Position numbers and translations under genes: made by a program. Below, in pieces: positions 8,648 to 19,622 of a stretch of DNA of 64,000 nucleotides. The DNA is from Patescibacteria group bacterium (GTDB lineage: Bacteria > Patescibacteriota > Minisyncoccia > Phycocordibacterales > UBA918). The notes beneath the pieces were generated by a model. That model was not told where the DNA came from, did not search any database, and worked only from the letters and a program-made list of their open reading frames with translations. The DNA lies in contig JBCCYW010000001.1 in the NCBI GenBank assembly GCA_039188945.1, forward strand, positions 43,003-107,002, written 5' to 3'. Numbering within the stretch: position 1 is the first letter of the stretch; each line of letters opens with the position of its first letter.

Positions 8648-9553
8648 ATGGCGCTTAAACAAATCAAAAACAAAATAATTTCTACCCAAAAGACTGGCAA
8701 AGTGACTAAGGCCATGGAGTCTGTGTCTGCGGTGAAGATGCGTAAGAGCCAGGAGCGGGCGTTTGCTGGCCGACCATATGTTCATGCCGCGCTACGAATT
8801 CTTTCCCGCTTAGCTAACTCGCAAGATGGCCTCTCACACCCACTAGCTGAGAAACGAAGTGCTGGTAAGAAACTTATAGTTATTGTGACCAGCGATAAGG
8901 GTTTGGCGGGGAGTGTGAATAGCGCCGTACTCAAGCGAGTTGATGATATGGCTAAGAATGGCAATGAGTTTGACGTGATCGCAGTTGGTCGTAAGGCAAT
9001 AGAGTATGCAAAGCGCGAGGGACACACGCTGCTTGGGGAGTACATGAACATTGCTGATGATGTCACTATGGAAGATGTCTACGATATGACCGCCAAGGTG
9101 ATGGAGGCATTTTCAGGAGACTCTTCATATAGTGAAGTGGAGGTAGTCTATCAAAATTTTCTCTCAACTTTCGAGCAAGAACCAACCAAGCGACAGGTGT
9201 TGCCGCTCGATCCAGCTGAACTGCATTACATCATGCGTGGCATCAAGCCAAAAGAAGGGAAATGGAGTGGCGATGTAGAGGGGCCAGAATCAACCATTGG
9301 GTATACGGTAGAGCCTTCTGCAGAAGAAGTGTTGAATACCCTTATTCCCCAGTTGGTACAGATTGTGCTCTACCACGCCCTGCTTGAAAGCAAAGCGTCT
9401 GAGCATTCTGCGCGGATGGTGGCGATGAAAAACGCCACTGACAAGAGTAAGGAAGTAGCCAAGGCACTTACACTCAAGTACAACAAAGCCCGCCAGGCAG
9501 TGATTACGGCTGAGGTAAGTGAAATTACCGGAGGTATTGAAGCTATGAAGTAG
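8648..9553 (+). CDS. atpG: F0F1 ATP synthase subunit gamma
   Basis: MALKQIKNKIISTQKTGKVTKAMESVSAVKMRK. C-terminal ...ITGGIEAMK. Alternative start at 8633. Confidence 0.9.
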   Translation: MALKQIKNKIISTQKTGKVTKAMESVSAVKMRKSQERAFAGRPYVHAALRILSRLANSQDGLSHPLAEKRSAGKKLIVIVTSDKGLAGSVNSAVLKRVDDMAKNGNEFDVIAVGRKAIEYAKREGHTLLGEYMNIADDVTMEDVYDMTAKVMEAFSGDSSYSEVEVVYQNFLSTFEQEPTKRQVLPLDPAELHYIMRGIKPKEGKWSGDVEGPESTIGYTVEPSAEEVLNTLIPQLVQIVLYHALLESKASEHSARMVAMKNATDKSKEVAKALTLKYNKARQAVITAEVSEITGGIEAMK

Positions 9554-9579
9554 TTCCTGGTAGAAGAGGGCTTTTGTGA

Positions 9580-11028
<1,449 letters not shown>

Positions 11029-11033
11029 AAACT

Positions 11034-11276
11034 ATGGCTAAATTACTTAAACTCACGATCTCTAAAGTTGATGGACCAGTCTTTGACGGTGCGGTTGCTT
11101 CTGTCCATGTGCCGGGCATTGACGGAGAAATGGAGATTCTCGCTAATCATGAACCACTAATTTCTCCTCTGAAGGCAGGAAAGGTAACGGTAAAGAAGGA
11201 GAGCGGGGAAGAATCATATGACATCCAAGCTGGAACTCTAGAAATATCAAACAACCACGCTACTATTTTGATTTAA
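11034..11276 (+). CDS. atpC: F0F1 ATP synthase subunit epsilon (short, 80 aa; beta-sandwich only)
   Basis: Last gene of the operon. Lacks the C-terminal helical hairpin. Confidence 0.8.
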   Translation: MAKLLKLTISKVDGPVFDGAVASVHVPGIDGEMEILANHEPLISPLKAGKVTVKKESGEESYDIQAGTLEISNNHATILI

Positions 11277-11285
11277 TCTGTAGAC

Positions 11286-11316
11286 AAAAGCCCGCGCCTT
11301 CGGCGCGGGCTTTTGC
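11286..11316 (+). terminator. Rho-independent terminator of the atp operon
   Basis: AAAAGCCCGCGCC-TTC-GGCGCGGGCTTTTG: GC stem plus U-run. Confidence 0.85.
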
Positions 11317-11321
11317 TATAG

Positions 11322-11858
11322 TTGAGTAATATGGAACACATTACATCACTGATCGTTATCGCTCAAACAACTGCTATTTACTTAGGAGTTGGTTCGTCAA
11401 CACTGGCCATCACTAGCTTTTTTGTATCAATTTACGACGGTGTCATAGAACCAGTAGAGAGAAAAATGCTTGGAGTTATCTACTGGGTCCTGAGGCTGGC
11501 AATGGTGCTGATTGCGGCCACAACTCTTATCCTCCACTTAGCTTTCCCTGAAGTACTTGGCTCACTAGTTTGGTATATGTGGATTTTAATCGCTGTGCTA
11601 TACGCAAACGCTACATTGATGACACTAAAGCTGATGCCGAGCAAGTTTGGCCCGTCAATCCAAGCTGCTACGTGGTACACGCTCGGTTTTTTAGTCACCA
11701 TTCAAATGTTTGATCTCTATGTTGTAGATACACAACTGTTTATCAACCTCTATGCAGCAGACCTTTTAGTAATGCTCGCTAGTGTGAATGGCTATATGCA
11801 GCTTTTAAAGTGGAAACAAGCCAAAGCGAAAGAACATGATGACGAAGCTCGTCATTAA
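11322..11858 (+). CDS. Hypothetical polytopic membrane protein
   Basis: 178 aa with 4-5 predicted TM helices. No domain recognised. Confidence 0.5.
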   Translation: MSNMEHITSLIVIAQTTAIYLGVGSSTLAITSFFVSIYDGVIEPVERKMLGVIYWVLRLAMVLIAATTLILHLAFPEVLGSLVWYMWILIAVLYANATLMTLKLMPSKFGPSIQAATWYTLGFLVTIQMFDLYVVDTQLFINLYAADLLVMLASVNGYMQLLKWKQAKAKEHDDEARH

Positions 11859-11876
11859 GATATTTCTATTCAACGT

Positions 11877-14800
11877 CTAGTCAGCTAGCTCGCCTGGGTT
11901 ACGGTTGTAGATGATTGGAATAAAGAGAAGCGTGATCAATACTGAGAACACCAAACCAAACATGACTGCGTATGCGAGTGGCGCCCACAAATCACCAGCG
12001 TAGGTGAGTGGCACCATACCAATCACAGTGGTAAGCATCGTGAGAAGAATCGGTCGTAAGCGACTACCAGCTGATTCTAGTACTACCTCCGTGATGTTCA
12101 TAGTTGGATTATCACGACGCATCTGATTCATGATATCGATTAGAAGAATTGAATTATTGACGACAATTCCAGACAAAGCAATGAAGCCCATAATAGAAGG
12201 GAAGGAGAGTGAGCTCTGAGTAATGGCGAGTCCGGCAAAGATACCAATAAGCGAGTACGGCAGGATTGAGAGAACGTACAACATGTGACGGTACGAATTA
12301 AACTGAAGGGTGAGAATACCAACCATCAAAGACACACCAACCACCAACGCCAAAAGCATCTCAATAAAGGCTTGGTTAGATTCGTCTGTCTCACCGCCGC
12401 CAGTACTGATTTCAATACCATTAGGGATATCGATTTCACTATTTATTCGGGCCAACGCTTCGGTCTGGGCCTCGCGAGCATTACCAGCAGCGGTCACATC
12501 TGCAGTAACCGATACCACACGTTTGCCTTCTTCATGATCAATCACTGAGCTTGATTCCCGTAGCTTAATTGTGACCAATTCTGAGAGAGCGATCGGACCG
12601 TTAATACCAGGCAGATCAATTCGAGCTAGGTCGTCAACGGTCGCGAGATTAGTGGTGTCGCTGGTTACGGCTGTGCCTTGATCAATGTTTAGTTTTACAA
12701 CTACATCGATATCTTCATCAAGCGTGGTGAGTGAGGTTGCGTCTGATCCAAAGACAGCGGTACGAGCAATTTGAGATACAGTAAACGGTGAGAGGCCAGC
12801 TGCGGCTGTCTTGGCTCGATCAAGCTCTAGCACAAACTCGGTACTGTTGTTATTAGTACTTGTTTGTACATTTGTGCTATTTGGAACTGAAGCAAAGATT
12901 TGCGCCGCTTCGTTCGCAACACGCGTTAGCTCAGTGAGGTCATCACCGAGGAACTTCACAATAATTGCCGCACCAGTAGGAGGGCCATCAGACGGTTGGT
13001 TTACCGTTACTTTTACATCTCGAATATCACTCATCGCAGCGCGGAGTGTGGTCACCACATCGGTACTAGTGCGATCACGATCACCGTCAAGGGTAATAAA
13101 GAGGTTAGCGAGTTTTTCACCACTACCACCAGCCCCAAAATCACTACCACTACCAACCGTGACGGTGAATGAATCTATGTCAGGCTCGGCGTAGATCACT
13201 TCTTCAACTCGGCGCACGGCAATGTCGGTGATTTCTTTGGTGGTACCTTCAGTTTCTTCAACTTCGACGATCACAAAATCTACATCAGACTGCTCAAAGA
13301 AAATCACTTTCACTAAGCTAGCACTCGGCAAGACAGATGAGGCAAGAACTGCAGCAATACCCACGCTCACACCAGTAGTAAACACCCATAGACCAAGCGC
13401 AGATAGTGTTTTACAGAGTGGTCCGAAGGTAAGTCGTCGCACAAAGCGATACCGCCAGCGGTATGTTACATAAATCAGTACCGCTGCAACCAAACCGGCA
13501 TACGCGTTGAAGGTAAGGAAGATGCCAAGAATAAGGAGAGCAGCAATGAGAGCGGTAAACCGGTCTTCTTTGTCTGGGTTACCAAGAATCTGCGAGATGT
13601 ATCCTTTGTACCAAGTTTCAAGTTGGCGCGCATACTCAACTTGTTTTTGCTCAAGTTTTGTAGCACTACGACGTCGCAAGAAACCAGAAGCCAGTAGAGG
13701 AATAATGGCGAGTGATACAAACATCGAAGCAAAGAGGAGGAAGATGAGCGTAAACGGAATACTTGAGATGAATTGTCCGATCACTCCAGAGGTAATGAAG
13801 AGACCAACAAACATCGAGACGGTCGTCAGGGTTCCAGAGATCAACGGTGCTTTAAATTCACGAATTGTTTCTAGCGCCGCTTCTCGTTTATCGATGGTAG
13901 GGTCATTCTTCATTTTCCGGTTGATCCCCTCGACCATCACAATGGCAGAGTCAACCAAAATACCGACTCCAAGAATCAAGGAAAAGAGACTCAGGAAGTT
14001 AATGGTGTTTCCAGAGAAGTAGAGTCCGATAAATCCAAATAGGAAGGAGAGGGGAATAGCTGTTCCAGCTAGCAAGCCTTCACGCCAACCGATGGCGACA
14101 ATCAAGAGAAGGACTACCAAAATAACTGTCTGCAGACCAGAAGAACCAAGACGTACTAAGTCTTCATTGATATCATCACCGCCGTCTTGAATGGTGACAC
14201 TCTCAATACCGTCTAGTAATCCGCCGGGGAGCTTGAGTTCATCAATTCGATCGCCAACTGCACCGGTAATTCTGGTGATATCGCCACCACTTTGCTTGTA
14301 CACTGCCATTGAAATAGAAGGCTGGGAAGGTTGGTTGTTGAGACTTAATCGCGAGATAGTGGTAGCTGGTGCAAGCCCATCGACCACATCAGCTACATCG
14401 CGAATAAATACTGGCTGACCACCACGAGTGGTAATCGCAACATTAGGAATTTGACTAGCGTCAGATATGTCGCCTTCAAAAGCAACGTTGTATGAAATAC
14501 CATCATTTTCAATCTGGCCAATTGGGAAGGTGAGGTTGGCATTTCGTAAGGCGTTAGTGACATCAGAAAGCGTTAGATCAAATTGAAATAGTGAAGTCTG
14601 GTCGACAATTACCGTAATTTCGCGATCGCGGACACCACTAAACTCTACTCGTGATACACCAGTGATTGATTCAATTTCATCTTCCAAATCGAGCGACAAC
14701 TGATTAAACGATACATCTGAGAGCTCTGCTGAGAGAGCAACCTGCATGATTGGTTGATCTTGAAAATTTACTTCAGATACCAATGGGTCTTCTGCATCAT

Positions 14801-15155
14801 CTGGCAGCTCAGGTACAATTTTATCGACTTCGTCTTTGAGGTCACTGATTGATTTATCAAGATCGGCGCTGGCATCAAACTCAACGACTACACTTGAAAC
14901 ACCTTCGCGTGATACCGAAGTGATCTCGTCGACATTCTCAAGCGTATTTAAGTTGCGTTCAATTTCGTTTGTCACGAGCGACTCAACATCAGCCGCGGGG
15001 GCTCCTGGAAGAACGGTGGTAATAACACCAACGGGCACAATCACTTCTGGAGCAGATTCACGAGCAATAGAAAAGATAGAAAACGTCCCAATTCCAATCA
15101 ATCCAATAAGAAACAAGTAGGCAAACTTGTTATTTTTTATGAAGAATTCCCACAT
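11877..15155 (-). CDS. RND-family efflux transporter permease (AcrB/HAE-type, 12-TM)
   Basis: 1092 aa. Two large extracytoplasmic loops and two 6-TM bundles. Typical RND architecture. Confidence 0.85.
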   Translation of the reverse strand: MWEFFIKNNKFAYLFLIGLIGIGTFSIFSIARESAPEVIVPVGVITTVLPGAPAADVESLVTNEIERNLNTLENVDEITSVSREGVSSVVVEFDASADLDKSISDLKDEVDKIVPELPDDAEDPLVSEVNFQDQPIMQVALSAELSDVSFNQLSLDLEDEIESITGVSRVEFSGVRDREITVIVDQTSLFQFDLTLSDVTNALRNANLTFPIGQIENDGISYNVAFEGDISDASQIPNVAITTRGGQPVFIRDVADVVDGLAPATTISRLSLNNQPSQPSISMAVYKQSGGDITRITGAVGDRIDELKLPGGLLDGIESVTIQDGGDDINEDLVRLGSSGLQTVILVVLLLIVAIGWREGLLAGTAIPLSFLFGFIGLYFSGNTINFLSLFSLILGVGILVDSAIVMVEGINRKMKNDPTIDKREAALETIREFKAPLISGTLTTVSMFVGLFITSGVIGQFISSIPFTLIFLLFASMFVSLAIIPLLASGFLRRRSATKLEQKQVEYARQLETWYKGYISQILGNPDKEDRFTALIAALLILGIFLTFNAYAGLVAAVLIYVTYRWRYRFVRRLTFGPLCKTLSALGLWVFTTGVSVGIAAVLASSVLPSASLVKVIFFEQSDVDFVIVEVEETEGTTKEITDIAVRRVEEVIYAEPDIDSFTVTVGSGSDFGAGGSGEKLANLFITLDGDRDRTSTDVVTTLRAAMSDIRDVKVTVNQPSDGPPTGAAIIVKFLGDDLTELTRVANEAAQIFASVPNSTNVQTSTNNNSTEFVLELDRAKTAAAGLSPFTVSQIARTAVFGSDATSLTTLDEDIDVVVKLNIDQGTAVTSDTTNLATVDDLARIDLPGINGPIALSELVTIKLRESSSVIDHEEGKRVVSVTADVTAAGNAREAQTEALARINSEIDIPNGIEISTGGGETDESNQAFIEMLLALVVGVSLMVGILTLQFNSYRHMLYVLSILPYSLIGIFAGLAITQSSLSFPSIMGFIALSGIVVNNSILLIDIMNQMRRDNPTMNITEVVLESAGSRLRPILLTMLTTVIGMVPLTYAGDLWAPLAYAVMFGLVFSVLITLLFIPIIYNRNPGELAD

Positions 15156-15157
15156 AG

Positions 15158-16744
15158 TTAATTTTGCTGAATTGCTTCTACGCTTTCACCAGCGGTTAGT
15201 CCTCGAGCATCAAGGACAATTATGGTTGTCGCTTCAATCCCATTGAGTACCTCTACAAACGTCCCGCGAATTTCTCCAATTTCTACTGGGTTTGCAGTTA
15301 GAAGACCGTCCTCTACGGTAAAGATCGATCCGCTTTCTGCTGTGAATTTGACAGCTGTAATTGGCACAAATAGTCGCTGTTCAACAGTCTCTGGAACATT
15401 CTCTTGATCAAGAGTAATGGTTACTGTGTCGCCACTAAACAACTCTGCTTCGGTGGCGATTTTTACCTCAATCTTTCGGGTTTCTGAATCGACTGCCGGA
15501 GCGATACTGGTAACTGTCCCTTCAACACCGCCCTCAATTGAGACGATCTGTCCAACTGTAATACTTTCCCGGTCACGTTCACCGACAAACGTCGTGATCT
15601 CAAGAGCGTTGTTGTTTGCCACTTCAGCAATACGAGCAAATGAGCCAACAAAATCACCAGCGTCAACACTTAGGCTGTTTACGGTTCCAGCAATTGGCGT
15701 GCGGAGGATAGTTTTCTCAAGGTTAGCCTGGGCAGAACGAAGTGAGCCAAGAGCTTGTTTTACCTGAGCATCAGCGCTGGAAACAGCACTTCCGGTACCT
15801 GAAATCTGCGCTCGCTCAAGCGCTTCTTCAGCGTTGTTAATTGCAGTGATCGTTGTATCTATCTCATTGATAGATGAGTTCACGCTGACTCGAGCGGTAT
15901 TAAGTTGCTCCCGAAAAGCACCAAGTTCTGCAGCTGTATAGCGCTCTTCGTTTTTATTATCTGCAACAGTAATAGTGAAGGCGTCCACCATTGCGTTAAG
16001 ACGATTGAGCAGTTGCTGAGCTTCACGCAATTCAGCGACAAGATCCGCACCGCTCGTGATACTTTCAGCTCGTTGCTGCCAGTCACTGAGGATAGATCGG
16101 AAAGCAATTCGCTCTTCGTTAAGGAAAAGAGTGTTTGGACCTTCGAGACGAATACCTGGAATGGCACCATCTTCAGGATTCGTAAAAAACTGGTCCATGA
16201 CATTGCGAACCACGCTATTGGCAGTTGTGTATGAAGAGCGATACGTAGCTAGGGCTGAGTTGTTGGCTGCTGCAACATTGTTTGACGCTTCGTCTAAACC
16301 AACGTCACTACTAGCTGCTGCAGCTAGCGCTGCTTCATAAGCACCTTCAGCTTGCAGTACAGACGCTCGTTCGGAAGCATTTTCTTGTTGGGCTAAAATC
16401 TGTCCAGCAGCAACCGTATCGCCGAGATCTACATTTACACTGACAATCCGGCCTCCCACTTCAGTCTCAATCTGGGCCTGGCTAACCGCTTTTACTGTAC
16501 CAATGAGTTCAACTGAGGCAGCAGTGGTCTGACTAGCTGCTGGCGCCACGTTGACGGTTGGGAGTTGCTCAGCAACTTCTTCTGCTACTGTTGAACCACG
16601 TGAGCTAATAATAAGCCCTACTACAAGGAGGACAATTACAATCAAACCAATAATCCGTACAGTTCGTTTGCCGTACCACTCATATAATCGAGTGATGCCA
16701 CGAGATACCATGCTCATAATTCTCAATATATCCTTTAAAAACAA
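15158..16744 (-). CDS. Efflux periplasmic adaptor / membrane-fusion protein (HlyD-like) with an extended coiled coil
   Basis: 528 aa. N-terminal TM anchor, long Ala/Gln-rich coiled coil, beta-barrel/lipoyl-like C-terminus. Immediately upstream of the RND permease. No outer-membrane factor gene. Confidence 0.75.
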   Translation of the reverse strand: MFLKDILRIMSMVSRGITRLYEWYGKRTVRIIGLIVIVLLVVGLIISSRGSTVAEEVAEQLPTVNVAPAASQTTAASVELIGTVKAVSQAQIETEVGGRIVSVNVDLGDTVAAGQILAQQENASERASVLQAEGAYEAALAAAASSDVGLDEASNNVAAANNSALATYRSSYTTANSVVRNVMDQFFTNPEDGAIPGIRLEGPNTLFLNEERIAFRSILSDWQQRAESITSGADLVAELREAQQLLNRLNAMVDAFTITVADNKNEERYTAAELGAFREQLNTARVSVNSSINEIDTTITAINNAEEALERAQISGTGSAVSSADAQVKQALGSLRSAQANLEKTILRTPIAGTVNSLSVDAGDFVGSFARIAEVANNNALEITTFVGERDRESITVGQIVSIEGGVEGTVTSIAPAVDSETRKIEVKIATEAELFSGDTVTITLDQENVPETVEQRLFVPITAVKFTAESGSIFTVEDGLLTANPVEIGEIRGTFVEVLNGIEATTIIVLDARGLTAGESVEAIQQN

Positions 16745-16770
16745 ACCAAAATTACAACATTTTCATTGAT

Positions 16771-17142
16771 TTGTCTACATATTCTACTAACGCTACTACT
16801 ACACCACATGGTATGATTTCTTTCATTATGTTTGGAAAAATCAAAAATTACGCGATGAAGAAGGTCATGGAACGCCAAATGAAAAATGTTCCTGAAGACC
16901 AACGTCAGATGATAATGGAAATGGTGGAAAAAGATCCGGAAACCTTTGAAAAAATTGCCAAGGAAATGCAAGCTGAAATGAAGACTAATGGGAATAACCA
17001 GATGGCTGCTGCGATGAAAGTCTTTCCGAAATACCAAGCTGAGCTTATGAAATCGATGACGCCTGAGACTCGGCAAAAGTTGATGCAAATGCAGGGAGGC
17101 GCACAAGGCCAATTCAATCCGAATGGGTCAATTCGTCGCTAG
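16771..17142 (+). CDS. Met/Gln-rich small protein with LTxxQ-like repeats (Spy/CpxP-like?)
   Basis: Repeats VPEDQRQMIMEM and MTPETRQKLMQM. Divergently placed relative to the efflux operon. The true start may be an internal Met (16855). Confidence 0.4.
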   Translation: MSTYSTNATTTPHGMISFIMFGKIKNYAMKKVMERQMKNVPEDQRQMIMEMVEKDPETFEKIAKEMQAEMKTNGNNQMAAAMKVFPKYQAELMKSMTPETRQKLMQMQGGAQGQFNPNGSIRR

Positions 17143-17200
17143 ACAGTAATTAACAAGGAGTCAGGGTAAAATCCTGGCTTTTTTGTATACTTTAGTCATT

Positions 17201-17779
17201 ATGGCAAAGAAAATTTTAGTTCTTTTAGGTCATCCAGACCATGAGACATTCTCCGGTGGCGTAGCTGATCGCTACCAAGCTGCAGCAGAAGACGCAGGGC
17301 ACGAGGTGCAGCGAGTAAATCTTGGCCAGCTGCACTTTGACCCTATCCTCCATAAAGGCTACAAAGAAATTCAAGAACTAGAACCTGACCTTATCGATTT
17401 GCAAGAAAAATTTCGTTGGGCAGACCATATTGTCATCGTCTATCCGAATTGGTGGGTCACTATGCCGGCTCTACTGAAAGGTTTGTTTGATCGATTCTGG
17501 CTTCCAGGCTTTGCTTTTAACTTTAATAAAGAAACCAAGCAGATTGAAAAGCATCTCAAAGGTCGTACCGCGCGGGTGATTATTGTATCCGGTACGCATA
17601 GCCCATTCCAAACCTGGTGGCGCTTTGGTGATTATACCAATGAAATCCAGTACGGCATCTTAGAGTTTGCCGGTATCAAAACCGCAGTGTCCACTTTCGG
17701 CCCGTGCGAAAAAGTTGATAATACCTGCCGCGAACGCTGGATGAGTCAGATCGATAAATTAGCAAAGAAGGGTTGCTGA
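17201..17779 (+). CDS. Flavodoxin-like fold NAD(P)H-dependent oxidoreductase (Flavodoxin_2 / MdaB-KefF-like)
   Basis: MAKKILVLLGHPDHETFSGGVADRY...VIVYPNWWVTMPALLKG: classic NQO-type flavodoxin-like pattern. Confidence 0.7.
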   Translation: MAKKILVLLGHPDHETFSGGVADRYQAAAEDAGHEVQRVNLGQLHFDPILHKGYKEIQELEPDLIDLQEKFRWADHIVIVYPNWWVTMPALLKGLFDRFWLPGFAFNFNKETKQIEKHLKGRTARVIIVSGTHSPFQTWWRFGDYTNEIQYGILEFAGIKTAVSTFGPCEKVDNTCRERWMSQIDKLAKKGC

Positions 17780-17827
17780 TTTTGCTCTGCAATTGTAAGC
17801 TCTGAAGAGAAAAAATGGAGTTGTCCA

Positions 17828-18031
17828 ATGCAAAAAGCTGCACTGTGCCTGTTACTTATGCAGGTGATTATTATTCTATTCTGGATCCTAGGAGGTTTCA
17901 CCCTATTTGGATTCAGTGACACATGGCCCTTAATGCCATGGAGCAACAACTTCGGAGCAATTCTCCTTGTTCTTTCGTTGGTTGATCTACTCCTTTTCAT
18001 TGTCGCTTTCAGGAGTGATGAAGTAGGTTAG
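17828..18031 (+). CDS. Small hydrophobic membrane peptide (67 aa), hypothetical
   Basis: Two TM helices. Followed at 18038-18062 by a hairpin plus T-run terminator. Confidence 0.35.
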   Translation: MQKAALCLLLMQVIIILFWILGGFTLFGFSDTWPLMPWSNNFGAILLVLSLVDLLLFIVAFRSDEVG

Positions 18032-18037
18032 AGAAGA

Positions 18038-18062
18038 AACGGCCCTGTTTAGGGCCTTTCAA
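18038..18062 (+). terminator. Intrinsic terminator hairpin
   Basis: GGCCCT-GTTT-AGGGCC followed by TTTCAATTT. Confidence 0.5.
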
Positions 18063-18092
18063 TTTGTCTAAATACTGATAAGCTATCGGTCT

Positions 18093-19193
18093 ATGCAACT
18101 TTCTGTAGGAATTGTTGGGCTGCCAAACGTTGGGAAATCAACCCTTTTTAATGCACTAACCAAGAGCGCTGTACCCGCAGAGAACTATCCCTTTTGCACC
18201 ATTGATCCTTCAGTGGGGATTGTTCCGGTACCAGACAATCGTTTGTATACACTCTCAGACCTGTCAAAATCGCAAGAAACCATTCCGGCAGTAGTTGAAT
18301 TTGTAGACATCGCAGGCTTGGTAAAAGGCGCATCGGCTGGAGAAGGCCTCGGTAACCAATTTCTCGCCAACATTCGTGAGGTTGATATGATCGCCGAAGT
18401 GGTGCGTATCTTTGAAGACGAGAATATTCATCATGTTGATGGAGCAGTAGACCCTATGAGTGACATTGAAGTTATTAATCTTGAGCTCATTATGGCAGAC
18501 CAAGAGACAGTTTCGAAGCGTCTCGGTTCACTCGAGCGAGACGTAAAGCGTGGCGATAAAGAAGCTGCGAAAGAAGCTGAGGTACTGGAAAAAGTGGCTC
18601 GAGTACTTGAAGCTGGTAAGTTGGCGAATTCGACACAGTTAGAAAAAGAGGAGTTGAACCTGGTTAAGGGACTACATCTTTTAACGATGAAGCCATTTTT
18701 GTATGTCTGCAACAAAAAGAACGATGCCTTTAACTTTGATGAAAATAATGATGAGCGCTGGAAGGAGCTCCTCAATTTCTTTGAAACAACTGGCGCCCAG
18801 TATGTTGTTATTGATGCCGGAGTAGAGCATGAACTCAAAGACCTTGATGAAGAAGAGAAAACGGAGTTTCGCCGTGAATACGGTTCTCAAGCCAGTGGGA
18901 TCGACAATCTCATTCGAGCCAGCTACGACCTGCTGGGTCTGATGTCATACTTTACAACCGGTGAGAAAGAGACTCGTGCCTGGACCATTGAGAAGGGGAG
19001 TACTGGCCCCGAAGCTGGTGCCGCGATCCACACTGACTTTAAAGATAAATACATTAGAGCTCAGGTCGTAGCCTTTGACGATTTTGTGGCCGCTGGCTCA
19101 CAAGCAGCCGCCCGTGAGCAAGGCAAGCTTCGTACTGAAGGGAAAGAATATATTGTGCAAGACGGTGATGTGATTGAGTTCATGCACTCGTAG
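18093..19193 (+). CDS. ychF: Ribosome-binding ATPase YchF (Obg-like GTPase family)
   Basis: GIVGLPNVGKSTLFNALT; C-terminal TGS domain. 366 aa. Confidence 0.9.
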   Translation: MQLSVGIVGLPNVGKSTLFNALTKSAVPAENYPFCTIDPSVGIVPVPDNRLYTLSDLSKSQETIPAVVEFVDIAGLVKGASAGEGLGNQFLANIREVDMIAEVVRIFEDENIHHVDGAVDPMSDIEVINLELIMADQETVSKRLGSLERDVKRGDKEAAKEAEVLEKVARVLEAGKLANSTQLEKEELNLVKGLHLLTMKPFLYVCNKKNDAFNFDENNDERWKELLNFFETTGAQYVVIDAGVEHELKDLDEEEKTEFRREYGSQASGIDNLIRASYDLLGLMSYFTTGEKETRAWTIEKGSTGPEAGAAIHTDFKDKYIRAQVVAFDDFVAAGSQAAAREQGKLRTEGKEYIVQDGDVIEFMHS

Positions 19194-19334
19194 AAAGAGC
19201 TAGATGTCTCAAAACTTCTTGTGATACTACCTAAAGTAGACTCAAGCAAAGCTAGAGAGAAAGCGACTATGTTTGGGAGGGTTTGGCTGGGGCAAACAAG
19301 GAGTGATCGAATCAGTTTTGCTTGTGTGTACAAA

Positions 19335-19604
19335 CTAGCTGCCTTCAAGTGGAGGATTCGACTTTTGCAACGGGCTCATCACATTTGGGTTCCATTCAGC
19401 TGTGATTTCACCTTCTTTCTCTTCATATTCTTTTAGTTGATGATTGAGATACTGCTGCAAACGCTTGGCATGAGCTGGGGTCAGCGAGTAAATTTGGGCT
19501 TGCGATCCTGAAATGATACCCATCACAAAATATTCTGGGGTATAGCCAATTTTAATATTCTCAGCAAACAGCTTGGGTGCCTTCTTTAAATCATCTGGTT
19601 TCAT
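19335..19604 (-). CDS. DUF3467-family protein
   Basis: 89 aa. Pattern IGYTPEYFVMGI...LTPAHAKRL...YEEKEGEI matches the DUF3467 consensus. Confidence 0.6.
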   Translation of the reverse strand: MKPDDLKKAPKLFAENIKIGYTPEYFVMGIISGSQAQIYSLTPAHAKRLQQYLNHQLKEYEEKEGEITAEWNPNVMSPLQKSNPPLEGS

Positions 19605-19622
19605 GCAAACTATTGTACTGCC

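Noticed and set aside
12285-14418. Several 75-171-aa plus-strand ORFs inside the minus-strand RND permease gene
   Set aside because: Antisense to a 1092-aa conserved transporter. Ser/Thr/Pro-rich artefactual composition.
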